NCBI GenBank assembly: GCA_963693365.1
Contig: CAVNZM010000006.1
Span: 3,286,001-3,350,000 of the forward strand
Source: Amoebidium appalachense
Lineage: Eukaryota; Protista; Ichthyosporea
Direction of reading: 5' to 3'
DNA: 64,000 nt
Part shown: positions 1 to 28,360 of the stretch, piece after piece
Layout: each line of letters starts with the position of its first letter
Position numbering within the stretch: position 1 is the stretch's first letter
Notes under the pieces: model-generated
The model's input: only the letters and a program-made list of their open reading frames with translations
What the model was told of the DNA's origin: nothing
Databases searched by the model: none
Made by a program: the position numbers and the translations under genes

Positions 1-80
1 CGCTTTCTGCTTCTCTGTCTACTTCTTTTTTTGGGAGGGAGGGGGGGAGGGGGGAGGGAAAGGGGGGCGGAGTGGGGAGG

Positions 81-111
<31 letters not shown>

Positions 112-251
112 GGGGAGGGGGAGGGGGAGGGGATGGATGGGGTTGGGGGTGTTTTGGCCTTCCTGCGTCCGACGCCAAGAGATATTAACCTTCTTCGTCT
201 CCTCTCGGTCGCGTACCTCTAATCAACCATCCACACACACGTGCACAAACA

Positions 252-302
<51 letters not shown>

Positions 303-345
303 ACACACGCACACACACAAACTCCCCCCCCCCCCTTCACCCCTC

Positions 346-376
<31 letters not shown>

Positions 377-384
377 ACACACAG

Positions 385-13935
<13,551 letters not shown>

Positions 13936-14375
13936 ATATGTTTTGTATTTACGAGGGTTTGTTCAGTTTGTTTGGTGGGATGGTCTGTGGCTATCTATTT
14001 TCATTACTTGCACCATGTTTTGATTTGTATGTGTGATCGGTCATCTTTGTCATTTTTTGTTATATATTAACATATGCTGCGTGTATGGTTAAACCAACTT
14101 TTGAACATAGTTACCTTATCCTATTGGGGCTTTATTGTTATGTGTTTACACGAATGTTTCTTTGGAAAAAGCTATTTGAGTCTTCTTGCTTGTTTCGTTA
14201 TCTGTACGGTGTCCATTTTATTTCTAATATTTACCCTGACCTTCCGGTCTTTGCTTGAAAATTTTAAAGGGTTCTTTTGATTGGACGATCTATTGCTTAT
14301 GATCTCCAGTGCCTGCTTGACTGTTTTCTTTCTTCTTTTGACCCTCCCACCCCTCCCTACACACGCGCGCGCGCA

Positions 14376-14460
<85 letters not shown>

Positions 14461-14561
14461 ACACACGCGCCCCACTCCGTTCTGCTCAGACTGCGGCAGT
14501 GCTTTGGGGATAAAGTGTTATAAAGTGTACGTCCCCCCCCCCCCCCCCCTCCCTCCCCCTC

Positions 14562-14598
<37 letters not shown>

Positions 14599-15091
14599 AC
14601 ACACACACACACACACGCAACGCCACCACCACCACCAGAAAAAAAGCTGGGGGGGGGGGGGGGGGGGGGACACTTGCCCAAGACCCCCAGGGCCTTCATC
14701 ATGCTGCTGTATTTTCTTCCAGTTATGCATACATAAATAAACTCTAATAGTGTTTCCAATGGTTTGGTTTATCTCTCTGCTATGTCCTATATAAGGCAGT
14801 GATGCTATACATCATGATCATCTGAGAAAGATTAGTTGACCAATTAGATGGCTGTGTGGCTAAAAAGTGACTGATGCACTGTCGACGAGCCACGTGGCCC
14901 ACCCATATACTGCACAGTGCATTCACCTTCAGTCAAGTGGTCATCCCAAAATCCGCTAGCTTGGTTTTTTTTTGTTTTGTTTTTTTGGGTGGGTGGGTGG
15001 GTGGGTGGGGGGAGGGGGGATTTTCGTCTCGGCTCTATGCTGAACGAAGTTGTCACTAAGTTGGCGCCGGCTCCACCACATGATTGCATTG

Positions 15092-15122
<31 letters not shown>

Positions 15123-15295
15123 TTCCTCCCCCCTGCCCCTTCCCCCCCTCCCGTCCGGATTTAGGGGGACCGTGAATCTTGACTTTTTTTGGCTGCCCAA
15201 AACATGTACACTAGTAAATCAAATAAACAGCTCTAAAAACCATGACCAATGAGCACGAACCCCTCGTTGAAAAGATAATCGATATCGACCTCCAA

Positions 15296-15361
<66 letters not shown>

Positions 15362-15382
15362 CCCTCTCTCTCCCTCTCTCCC

Positions 15383-15462
<80 letters not shown>

Positions 15463-16892
15463 CCCCCCCCCCCCCCCCCCCCCCCCCACCCCCAACTCTT
15501 ACCCCCCCCCCCCCCCCCCTCTTTCCCCCCCAACCCCCCCCCACCCACCACCACCATGCCACCACCACCAACAATCCCAGCCAAAACTCCGTGCTTCTTC
15601 AAGCCTGGGCATATTGTGTCCGGATCCGTAACGGTTCCGTTGCAATGGCCACACAAACAGACACACTTAGCTATAGATAGCATGCCATTATTGAGTGACG
15701 GCAAGCAGGCGTATACTAGTTTGCATAGTATGTGATAGCACTTGCTACCAGCCATCAATCATGAATGGTCGTCCCCATCTGACTCGGATACACATGCATA
15801 TGTACATGGAGATATGTACATACAGTAGTCCGGCGGCACGGAAAATAATTATTAACCGAGTTCTCTCGACATGCATCCGACACTAGTACTGTTGCGCCCA
15901 TGCATATGGCATGCAATGGCAAGGCCCCCCAAGCAGATATCATGATGCCAGACTCTGAAGCGTGTCGTTCTGTTGTCTTTTCCCCTAACAGTACCCATGT
16001 ACCACAGGCGGCAGTTTGGCTGGCAGTATGGACCACTTTGGATCTATAATAGGCCGATCTGTGGAATGCGGCTCTGGAGCCATGGGGCCTTCCCGTGTGC
16101 AGACTGCGTAGCCGCGGCGCCATGGTTTTCCGTGCGAAACTTACAACACCTACAAGAACTGAAGCGACTCTATCTAACCTACTTTAAGCTAGTATAAGCG
16201 CACTTTTAGAGTAGTGAGTAATTGTATATGACACAAATAACAACAGTTTAAAATATTGGTTAAACAATCAAAAGCCCCGCACGCACATGCCTGCTCATCA
16301 GTAGAGCTGCAGTCTACCTCCGGAGTCTAGATCTGTGGACGTGGTGGTATGGTGTGTGGTTCACGGAACTATGGTTAGAAGACGCCGTGACGTGGCCCAG
16401 TAGAGTGAAAAAAGAACCTATAAGAGCCAAAGGTTATGCAGAGACCACTTTAACCCGGTCACTGCAACTTTTTTTGTGTCATCGACAACAAGCCACTACA
16501 CCTCAAACCTGTTACCGGAGCTTGTCCCACTGTACGCCCGTTCTAGAAGGTGCAAACAGTGGGGTTTTGGTGCTACCACTCAGAAGAAGCCAAATAAACA
16601 TGGCTTGGTTGTTCAGGCATAGGCTCAAGTTTGTCACCCCCATCATGCTCAACTTATACACTGCCCATAACCACCCACCTGCCCACCCCTGACTGCATGG
16701 GAAGGCCCGCCCGTACTAGTCCCCCCTCTACACAACTAGCTTAGGCAAGAACACCGGGCCGTAAGAAACACACACACACATACAAACAAAAATACACACA
16801 AATTTTAAACACACACACACACACGCACACACGCACACACGCACACACACATGTCGTACACACACACACACACACAGACACACACACACACC

Positions 16893-16935
<43 letters not shown>

Positions 16936-16940
16936 GAGAG

Positions 16941-17023
<83 letters not shown>

Positions 17024-17462
17024 CCGCGACACACACACACACATAAACACACAAATAACTACATGTAAACAAGGCAGCTTGACCTCGCTCACTTCAACAC
17101 TTCTTACACAGATCTGTTACCTTCTCCATATCGACCCCACCTTCCCCAGCCGCCCCACCCAAACCCCACTTTTCCCCGCCAGCCCCCCCCCCCCCCCCCC
17201 CCCCCCCCTTTCCGAAGTTCCTTATGCCTTCCTTCCTCCCCCTTCCTCCCTCCCCCACCACCACCTCCCTCCCTAGGCACCTACAAGAGAGGCGGGGCAA
17301 CAAGGTGCCCCTGGCGAGGGAGGGAAAGAAGGGGGGGGGGGGGGGGGGGAAGGGTCCCGGGAGGGAAGGCTAGGAAGAGGACCGTGAGAGCATAACAACG
17401 TACACCTTCACTGACGTCGACATACACTCACACCTGAACGCGTGTGCGTGCGCGTGTGTGCG

Positions 17463-17513
<51 letters not shown>

Positions 17514-17677
17514 ACATACAGACAAACACGTGACACATACTCTAACAAACACCCACCCACGGGATTGAAACACACACAAACACACACACACACACGCACA
17601 CACACGCACACACACACACAGACAAACACACGACACATACTCTAACAAACACCCACCCACCGGATTGCAACACACAT

Positions 17678-17814
<137 letters not shown>

Positions 17815-18006
17815 TGACACACATATACGCACACACAAAGAATACACACACAGACGTGTGCATACACACACGTGCACGCAAGGGCACACACACACACACA
17901 CACAAGCATATACAGACGCCTAAGTGTACGCGTGCACAAATACACCCGCAAACGTGATACAATCACTCACACACACACAAACACACACACACACACTGCG
18001 TTTCTC

Positions 18007-18148
<142 letters not shown>

Positions 18149-20017
18149 TTAATGTCACACACAGTACACACACATGCGCAATACACACACACACTTACCC
18201 TGTGTAACAAACGACACACTGGCACAGTATATTAACCGGCCTCTTTTGGTGCAGTGGCGGTTTGCAAACACGCACGGTCCGGGTTAGTGCTAGCCCAAGA
18301 CAACGTAACGTTAGATATAATTAGCAGCTTCTGCGCAGATCTTGTGTAGGGAGAGAGCAGACGGGTAGATGTACAAAGACTTAGAATAGAAATTGAGCTG
18401 CCGGGTTTGCATTTCTTTTATCCGTGAGAAAGAGAAAGAAAAACAATACAGTTAAGTAGCAAGCATCTAATTCAACTTGTTTCATGTTAGTGGCAGTACA
18501 TAGTGGGCTCGTACCGATACTAGTGCTACCTCTGCACACTGCACTGTGCAACAAAACACGTTGCACCTAAGTGACCTTTGGATGCAAGGGATACTTGACG
18601 AGATGATATATGCAACAAGTAATTTATCACAAAAAGAACAACAGGGTGTCTGTCAGAGTCTGCTGGTTGCGTTGGACGGTGTGGAAAACAGTCATGATGT
18701 GTTTTCGACCGAAACGCCTTCCCGTTGTCTGTATGTGTATGGCTGACAGGGCATTCCACAAAAAGGTGGACTGAATGATCACGCTGTACGTGTGTATAAT
18801 GTTCACACGCCATGCCTACTCTACCCCCAGAGAGTGTATTTGGCAGAAACGCACCATGCAGGCAGTAAATGTTCAACACCCGTAGTACTTGTGCATATGT
18901 TTAACTACGGTGCATGTGTGATGCCCTCATGATCACGAATGGCTCAGAAAAACGCCCAACGCAACAAGCCTGCAAACCCCAAAATAACTAAGACGATAGA
19001 AATTATCATTTATAATAAAAAGCATCTGTGTAGCATTTTGAGGAAAAAGCAAATATTGTTACGTAAAGGGGTTTGTCTTGGCCAGAAGTAGCTTCTACGT
19101 CGGGCAGCTGGAGCCGCTGCCAGGCAGCCCGACAAACGACGGCCCTATGGCGGCCAACCTCGGGTGTTGGAGCGAAGCAAAAAATTGATCGATTTTTGAA
19201 TAGTAGATCCAAAGTGGTCCATTGACATAACGTAGTGACTCAGTAACAGTGCCAACAAGCACATAATAGAGGGCGCTCACTTTCTCTGCAGACTGCGCGG
19301 CTGGGACGGCAGCCCAGACTTAGGCACATGTGGTTTCCAAACCTTAGCGCTGAGTGGCCGGCATGTCCGGGCCGGCGGGATCGAAGCTTCGGCCTTCAGA
19401 GGAAGTTCGGCCATGAAAACGTGACTGAAAATGAAACCAACATTTCTTGCAGATCTAGATCCAGATCTAGATGTGCAGTGCTATTTTTAACAAACAATAT
19501 ATCTGATTGGGCGTAAGCGCACCCATCAGAGACACGTCTGGATTCTGGACATCCCGTCAACAAACAAATAGGCCTATGCTTTCCACGAGTTCCGCTTTCT
19601 CTCAGAAAAAGCTTGATTCCATTATTTTCTATAGGTATTTCAGAAGATTTATCGGGGCATCTCCTGCCTATTCTAGGCCTCGAAGTCCTAGAAGGGCAGG
19701 CTCAGGAATTTGCCTGGTGACTGTTGCGGGCAGGCTTGTTGCATTCCGAGCATACCAAAGATTTCCACCCCAAAATAGCTCACCGGATTTGGAAGCTTCT
19801 GGCTGGCCCTGGAGAATAAGGAAAATAGAGCATAGTGTTTGTTTGTATAGAGCCACGCTTGTATATAGCAATAATATGGTTCCTTATAAATGTTTTCCTA
19901 AATTAGAAATCTATTTGGTCAGAACATATGCATATGCAGCCCGTATCCCCAAATGCTTGTAGCACTTCAGGGACCGGCGCGCACTTCCAGAAGCTCCAGA
20001 ATGGTTTAAACTTTTCG

Positions 20018-20085
20018 CCAATCAGATATTGGGATCACGCACCAATCAAACCGTCCATTGTCAGATCCGCCAACTATATATATCT
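20018..20085 (+). promoter_or_regulatory. Putative ENT core promoter (two CCAAT boxes and a TATA-like run)
   Basis: CCAATCA at 20018 and 20042 and TATATATAT at 20075, 120-190 bp upstream of the ATG in repeat-free DNA. Confidence 0.45.
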
Positions 20086-20204
20086 AATCGTACTGGGTAA
20101 ACTGGCTCAAAACGGAGACGTGCGCATGCAGACAAAAACAGCAACTGAATCAGAGACGTACACAAACACACCTTCCCATCGAGACTACGTTTACACGCTG
20201 CATC

Positions 20205-21587
20205 ATGGAGGTTGTCGCAGAAACTACCCGCTCTGTCTTGCCGCTGAAGGCAGACAGTAAACCCGTCGGCTTCGGTGCCGAGGCCGACCACGCCATCGCC
20301 ACTGTGGACGCCCCTATTGACCGCTATAACCTCGTCAAGATTGGGTTCCTTCTTCAGGGCTTGGGCATGCTTCTGCCCTGGAACGCATGCTTGACGATCA
20401 CAAACTATTGGAACTACAAGCTGCAGGGCTCGGGCTTCATGGGCAACTACATGAACTACTTCACCTTCATCAACTGCGGTATTCTGTTTATCACCTCTGG
20501 TGGGTTTTCGCGCATGCAACACAAACTCGGTCTTCACTCGCGTGTTTCCATCCCCATCATAGTCGAAATCTTGATCTTTATCGTTCACCTCACGCTGGTC
20601 TATGTCGACGCGGCCCATGGGGACATGTTTTTTTACATCACCATCTCCCTCATTGTTATCTGCTCTGTATGCATCGGTTTCCAGGAGCCAGGTGTTTACT
20701 CCGTTGTCGCGTTTCTTCCGGACGAATACACGGGTTGGGCAGTGCAGGGAGAGGCATGGGGTGGTGTGACTATCTCCGTGATCAACATTTTCACCCTGCT
20801 GGGCGCCACCGACATCCAAACCGCCGCATGTGCGTTTTTCGCGACGTCTATTGCTCTCCTGGTTCTATGCCTCATCAACTACCAAATGCTTATCAAATCC
20901 GATGTTTTCCGCTACTGGCACGCCTACCAAATGTCTGTCAAGGTAGACTCTGTGTCACGTGATCAAGAGAAGTGCGAAGAGGAAGGCGAGGCCGCCGGTG
21001 AAGTGAGCACGGCACGCTTCTTGCATATTGCCCGCCAAATACTCGACCTATCCTTTGCCGTGTGGTACAATTTCTGTATGACACTCATGCTTTTCCCCGT
21101 CCTCCCCATGTCCGTTGCCCCGCTCACCCAGTCCACCTCCCGGTTCTTCAACGACATGTGGGTGCCCGTCTACGTTTTTATGTTCTTCAACCTTTTTGAT
21201 GTTGTGGGTCGTATTATCGCCCCGTACATTCTTTGCCCCCGGTCGTGGGTTGCACCTCTTTCCTTCCTTCGCACCCTCCTCCTCCCCCTTTTCCTCATGT
21301 GTAACGGTCAATGCTACGATGCGGCCACGGCAACTTTCGTGGACTCTCAGATGCCCAAGGTGTTCATGAACGACGCGTGGCCCATCACCTTCATGATTCT
21401 TCTCGGCCTTTCCAATGGCTATGTGTTCCATGCCGCCATGCACTACACGCCTGCTTCGGTGAAGGGACACGAGCGCCCCGTTGCAAACAGTATCGTGACC
21501 ACGTGTTTGATATTTGGCCTGCTGACGGGCAGCTTGGCGTCGTTCGGCTCCAGGGCTATCAGCTGCGGCGGCAATCCGTTTGCTTAA
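20205..21587 (+). CDS. Equilibrative nucleoside transporter (ENT/SLC29 family), single exon, 460 aa
   Basis: Uninterrupted ATG-TAA ORF. It has the ENT N-terminal motif GLGMLLPWN, about 11 hydrophobic segments, a central hydrophilic loop (SRDQEKCEEEGE), TLMLFP, FNLFDVVGR, LRTLLLPLFLMCN and GLSNGY. Confidence 0.95.
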   Translation: MEVVAETTRSVLPLKADSKPVGFGAEADHAIATVDAPIDRYNLVKIGFLLQGLGMLLPWNACLTITNYWNYKLQGSGFMGNYMNYFTFINCGILFITSGGFSRMQHKLGLHSRVSIPIIVEILIFIVHLTLVYVDAAHGDMFFYITISLIVICSVCIGFQEPGVYSVVAFLPDEYTGWAVQGEAWGGVTISVINIFTLLGATDIQTAACAFFATSIALLVLCLINYQMLIKSDVFRYWHAYQMSVKVDSVSRDQEKCEEEGEAAGEVSTARFLHIARQILDLSFAVWYNFCMTLMLFPVLPMSVAPLTQSTSRFFNDMWVPVYVFMFFNLFDVVGRIIAPYILCPRSWVAPLSFLRTLLLPLFLMCNGQCYDAATATFVDSQMPKVFMNDAWPITFMILLGLSNGYVFHAAMHYTPASVKGHERPVANSIVTTCLIFGLLTGSLASFGSRAISCGGNPFA

Positions 21588-22135
21588 AATTTATACTTTT
21601 AAAGAGTTTTGCATGTGTTGGGACGACTTTTTAAATTTATTCTGCACGGTAACTTCGTCTTCTTGTTTTATTCCACATATTTTGTATTCGACGACTATGT
21701 ATATGAAGGGCATGTTGCTGGCATGTCACCGAGAATCTTTATGATTTAGTTTTATTTATGAGAGCGGAATAGTATTTAAATTCGTACATTAGGAGTGACG
21801 TGAAAATTGGTTACATATGCATGACTAGAGGTTGAACATGGTTTTTTTATAACTATTTTTGATTTGCATATATATAAAATGATCTGCGGACACCAGCAAA
21901 GAATCTGCACTCTGATTGTAAAGCTCCCCACAATAAACCCATTGTCTTCCGGTATGTTCAATCCATCTGATCATGACTTCTGTGTTTAGCACCGCATCAT
22001 AATAAATCACAAACACACACACATGCAGACACACCCTGCGCGCGGCTCAAAAACGGGTGTGTCCGTGCACCCACCCTGCCAACACACACACACACACAAT
22101 ACACGCATACAAACACACACGCAAGCACGCACGTG

Positions 22136-22166
<31 letters not shown>

Positions 22167-22242
22167 GCACACACACACACACACACACCGTGACACACAC
22201 ACACACACACACACACACCGTCACACACACACACACACACCG

Positions 22243-22306
<64 letters not shown>

Positions 22307-23461
22307 ACGCACGCACACACACAGATCAGCGGCTTTTAATATTGTGTCCGTATTTACAGCTGTACAGCGTCACCACGCATTTTCCTCGGATCAGGCCCCA
22401 AGGTATATGAATACACGAGGTGTATTAATACCGAACGCGGCCCCGTAATGGCCTACATTGAATACCATGTATGTTGTCGTGTCTATGTATGTTATTTCTA
22501 TAGGTATCAGGGGAACTGTAGCTGGCCGCCTATACTATCGTGCAGGCCCTGCCCGGGGTGTATTGTTAAGAAGTTGTAGTAGTAATGCACAAGGGGCCAC
22601 CGTACATCCATCAACCCCACACACGTGTACTCAGTGTTGCATGTTGCGTATTGCACCCATTTGAACTGACTCACTCATTCACTTACTCACTCACTCACTC
22701 ACTCACTCACTCACTCACTCACTCACTCACTCACTCACTCACTCACTAACTCACACAGGCATGCAAACATTTGTTTGCTTTTCTTCCCCTGAGCCACAAC
22801 ACCACCCCAATTATCATCAAGATACCGAGCAAGAGATACAGGTGGCAGACAGGTTCTATATTAGCATGTGCGTGTTGGCGGAGGGAGGGGGGGGGGGGGG
22901 GGTAGTTTGTGAGTGTGTGTGTTCCTGCTTCCTTTTTTCCTTTCTTCCCCCTTGAAGTGGGTAGTGCAGAACAGAGAAACACAAGACGAAATAGTGGATT
23001 GGCCAGAGTTTTGTCTGCAATGCTTGAGCACTCGTATAGATAAAGCCTCCTCCCCCCCCCCCCCCCCCTCCCCACACACACACACACACACTCTCTCTCT
23101 CTCTCTCTCCCTCTACCCTTAATAAAAGGTGAAGTGCAGCAGACACAAAAGAACAATATTTTTGAGTGGCACAATCCCCCCCCCTCCCCCCCCCCCCCCC
23201 CCACCCCCACCCCCGCCACCCCCCCACCCCCTACACACACACACACACCCTCCCCCCGCCTAGGATGAAAAAAAGGAGGGGAGGGGACTATTTGAAAAGA
23301 GGGGAGAACGGGGGGGGGGGAGGGAGAGAGGGGGGGAGGGGGGAGGGAAGAAAGGTAGAAAGAAAAAGAAGAACAAGAAAAGGCGTTTTGTTGCCACCAG
23401 GTCATCTAGAGCAGCCTCAAAGGTTCCCCTAACTCCCTCCCCTCTTTCCTCCCCCAGCCCC

Positions 23462-23501
<40 letters not shown>

Positions 23502-24622
23502 CCGTCCCCCCCCACCCGCCCCCTCCTCCCCAAACAGACACGTGTACACACACGCTTCCACGCCCCCTGCATCCCCCTTCCCTCACCTTACACACACACA
23601 GAACTCTCACACCCAAAAAAAAAACAATGATCAACGTTTCCTTTCAATAAGGGAGGTCCACGTTCACGTCGTTAGCACACTGTTGTGTGTCCGCCCGACT
23701 GCTGGGTGGGGCTGAGGACCTGCCACCAGTGCTGCTGCCCAGACATTGGCTGCTACGGAAGACACCCGGCACCTAGGTGCAACGGCTGTAGGTGGGGATG
23801 GCGCTGAGGAAGAAAGGCTCAGTTGGCAACGTTTTACGGATTAGTTCTCCCGTGTTTTTTGACTATCTTCTTGGGGACCGAATGTTTGGTTGCCGGTATG
23901 AGGTTGTATGTTTGCTTTTCGCTGTGTGAGTGTTTAAACTTTTATGTGTGTTTTTCTTTTTCCCTCCCGTTTCTGCATAAGCCGCTGATGGTTGCGGTGG
24001 GAATACAAAAGGCTGGGGAGATGGGCGAAGGTAAACCAAAAAAGCGAGGCAAAAAAATGTGGATTTTCACTAAAGGACGTTGTTCTATGTAAAATGCTTC
24101 ATTCGGGTTGTACCCCTGCTGTGGTGTTTTTTATTTATCTCAGTTTCTTTCTCTATTTCCGTTTCTGTTGGAGTAGGTACTGAGTGAATGGTTCTGGCAA
24201 TGGAGGCGAGGGAACAAGATGTGGCCAATTGGCACGGGTTGTAGTGTCGATTTACGGCCCTTAATGTGTCAGCATCTGCTTGTGATGCTATATTCTATGC
24301 TAATAATATGCTGTAACCCTGCTGAACTTAGATACCGCAAAATAAAATATGTGTTTAGGCATGCTTGTGGAGTCTGCGATCGGTGAAAAGAAAAACGGTT
24401 ATAGTTCTGAAACCCGTTGGTGGGAAGGAGGGGGTTTTTTTTTTCTTTTCTTTTCTTTTTTTTTGGGGGGGGGGGGGGGGGGGGGGGGGGAGGGGGGAGG
24501 GGGGGGGGTAGTTGAGTCCGCGCGCACGTGACTCTTTTGCGAGGAAGAAGAAGGGGGCAAGGGAAAGAGGGAAGCGTTGGGGGGGCCTTAGGGGGGAAGA
24601 AGAAGGGGGGTTGGGGGGGAGG

Positions 24623-24653
<31 letters not shown>

Positions 24654-26626
24654 CGGTCAAAAACAACAAATAAAGAGGAACGGTCAAAGGCCTCCTGCCT
24701 TCGTCTAAAAATCGACTCAAAAGTGTTGCAACCCCCCCCCCCTCCCCCCCCCCCTCCCCCCCCCTTCCCCCCCCCCCCACACGCACCCACCCACCCTTAT
24801 CTGTGTATAACATGCCTCCCGCCCTCCCCCTCCCCTCGCTCCCCTCCCCCCGTCCTCTGCCCTCACGACGGCCCGCCTGCCCGCCCATCCGCCCAAACAG
24901 TAAAGTGGTTGGGTGGGAAAGAGAGAGGAATGTTAAAAATGCCACGCAATAGGAAAGGCAAGAACCCGGGAAGAAAGAAAGGAGGGTAGGGAAGGGGAGG
25001 GAGGGAGGGAGAAAGGCAGGAAGGGATGGGGAAAAAAAGGTGCAAAGAGGTGTGTGTGGGGGAGGGGGGGGGAGAGAGAGAGAGAGAGAGATGAGGGAAG
25101 GGGGGAGGGGGGGGGGGGGGGGATGGTGCTGGGGCAAATCATAACTGAAGAGAGGGCGGAGGTATGTGTCGCCGTTGTTTTGGTTGCCATCCGGAGCACC
25201 CAAAACTCCTGTTTTAGCTGAACAAAAACACGTGTCTTACTTGATTAAAGAACGTTGTGGTGTGTTAACCATATCTGTACTTGGGTTTGGCATATACGAT
25301 TTGGAAAACTTTCTCTGGTAAGCCAATCAAAACAGTCGTTTATAAAGGTCTGCCGTCCTGCAGGAAAAAACTTTATATGTGCCTTTGGTTTGGAGGTCGT
25401 GAAATTTCAAAAAAAAACTAGAGAGGAATGCGAATTTCAGGTATGTGCATGGTGCATCTTTGCGCAGGCATATGATAGCATTTTTCTGGGTTTGGACCCG
25501 TAAATTACGTCTCTGAAAACAGTGGATGCACACCACTTCGAAAACACACACACACTTGCCGTGCACATGTGCACACAAAAAGTTTCGGCCCTTACATACG
25601 CGCACCCACGGGGCCAATGCCAGGAAAACAAAAACACACTGTGAGAAACACCCACACAGTGTCACACGTGCAGACACACACACAAGCGCACACACACGCA
25701 CGCGCGCGCGCGCGCGCAGTGACACACGCACGCACACACATGCACACACTCATCACCACACACACACCCACACAAACACACACACACACATACACACACG
25801 CGCGCGCACGCGCACGCACACACACACGCACGTGCATGCGCATGCGCACGAACACGCACACACACACGCACACGCACACGCCCACGCCCACGCCCACGCA
25901 CATACACACACACACACACACATGCACACGCACACACACATGCACACGCACGCGCGTAAGCACACGCACACGCGCACACACACACACACACACACGCACG
26001 CGCACGCACACACACACGCACACGCACACGCACACATACAGGCACACATACAGGCACACATACTAGCACACAGATAGATAGGCAGGCGCACACACCTAGG
26101 CGGCCTAATGTTAGTGCGTTTCCAGCGTAGCCAATCACATTTGGCCGTTATGGCACGCGCATACGTCACAGTAGCCTAACAGGCCAACCACTTCTCGACA
26201 CAGCTACGACATTATGCAGCCCAGATAAAAAAACGGATATACCATCGAACACATAGTAGACCTATTGACTATTTTTTATTTGCGGGTGTTATGGATGGGA
26301 AATAGCATCATACACATAAGACTTATGTAGCCTATGTTGCACAATGTGTGTGTGATGTGTCTGTTGCCTTGCAGCTAAAGTACTGCCTGCTTGCCACTGG
26401 GTGAAGCTTATCTTGAACGAGGATGTGCATATGATTATGTGCCTATTTGAAGCTTAAAGAGAGAGAGGGGGGGGGGGGGGGGTGGAGGGGGGGAGAGGGG
26501 GGGGGGGGGGGTTGACGTGCGTGTGCGCATGGGTGGTAAGGAGGGCCTTGCACGAGGAACCCGATGAGGGGCCCGGGGAGATCGAAGTGAAAGGGGATTG
26601 GGGGTGGGAGGGGTGTGCGTGTGTGT

Positions 26627-26674
<48 letters not shown>

Positions 26675-26941
26675 CTAGAGGTTCGGGCAAAAAAAAAAAA
26701 CGGATATAAAATATGTTGCAAGTGACTGGGAACGAGTGGGGCTACAGCTGCAGCTTACATACTATATGGTTTACACTTTGTAGGTTTGATCAGAACACAA
26801 TAATGCTTCAAGTCGAGCATACACGATTCTCAGCTCCAGGTCTGTTTGTGTTCTGATCATTGGGTGCTTGATATCCAGTAAGGAATAAACTGGAATGGGA
26901 TATAAGCAACACAACACCGGCATGTGCTAATAGTTGGGTTC

Positions 26942-26976
<35 letters not shown>

Positions 26977-27081
26977 TCGCCTGCTTAATGGGGGTTGAGT
27001 TAAGGAAAACGGGTCGGGAGTAACTCGAATGGGGCTTGGTTTCTTTCTTTGAATCAAAGAAACGTCTAAACTGTGGTTGTT

Positions 27082-27157
<76 letters not shown>

Positions 27158-27994
27158 TGATTATCATATATGAAGGCAAGGGCGCAGGGGTAAATCGGTC
27201 GGGCAAATTAAAAGTATTCTCCACACAGTCAAGAATTTGTGGGGTCGGATTGTTCAGTGTGCAAGGTGCAAGTATGTGCAATCCCCATATGCATCGTATG
27301 TACACCAAAATACAGAAGAGAGCCACCCCTTATTAATGGTAACGACTACACGGCCACAGCCGCTAAAGCCACAGGCCTTACAGACCACATATCCAAGATA
27401 ACACAAAAAAAACCTCACAGTGCGATGTCCGTTGTCTGGCTCGCGCGCGTGACGAAGCACGCCACTGGCAGGCTGTGTGTGTGTGTCTTTTGATCTGACG
27501 AACAGAGGGAACTTTGGAAGGCCATCCATGGAGAAAAGAACAGGCTGTTCGGTTCGCCCGTGTATTGTGTGTGTGTGTTGGTGCGGGGGAGGGAGGGGGG
27601 AAGGGGGAAGGGGGGGGGGGTGGGGGGGAGGGCCGGGGGGACCATAAAGGGATAATCTGTTGATAGGGTTTTGACATAACAGTTACTTAGAAGAAGAGTG
27701 GAAAGGGGGGGGGGGGGCCGGGGTAATTAGGGGGGGGGGGGGGGGGGGGGGGGGGGCATCACAAAGACAAAAAATATTGTGACATACGCCTACAATCTGT
27801 TTGGTTTTCCATTTCTAGTAATCTGTTGAACACTGGAGGGGGGCAGGTGAACGGAAGAACCTTCATGCACATGTACCTGATGTTGCAAGATCTAATGAGC
27901 AACACTCGCAGACTCTCGGAACTGAATTTGACATTCTTTTTCTCAGAACACAACAGCATGTACATACACACAAGTCGCACAAACATACAGCTAA

Positions 27995-28175
27995 CTCTAC
28001 CATTAGACATACCAAACCTACCATTATACATATCAATTCTACGACTATACACACCACTTCTGCCATTATACATACCGATTCTACTACCATACTATCACTT
28101 CTATTATGTATAGGTCTACGATTATACATACCACTTCTACCATTCTACATACCAATTCTATCATACTATCTATAC
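27995..28175 (+). repeat. Degenerate tandem repeat of about 21 bp
   Basis: Units resemble TTCTACCATTATACATACCAA, about 7 diverged copies just beyond the SDR stop. Confidence 0.6.
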
Positions 28176-28360
28176 TACATGCTATCGACTACATTCACGC
28201 CAGTGCTATCCACTACCTTTCATACTATTCACACATTCTATCGAAGCAGACAGTGTTGTTGCTAACCAAAACAACAAACCTCAGGCGAAACTTCGTCTAT
28301 TTAACTAGACCAAACCGAAAATCAACGGCAACACATCATTTCCACTGCCACACTCTCCTA

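Noticed and set aside
20061-21470. Antisense and alternative-frame ORFs over ENT (252, 191 and 140 aa)
   Set aside because: They are shadows of the GC-rich ENT coding sequence with no independent motifs.
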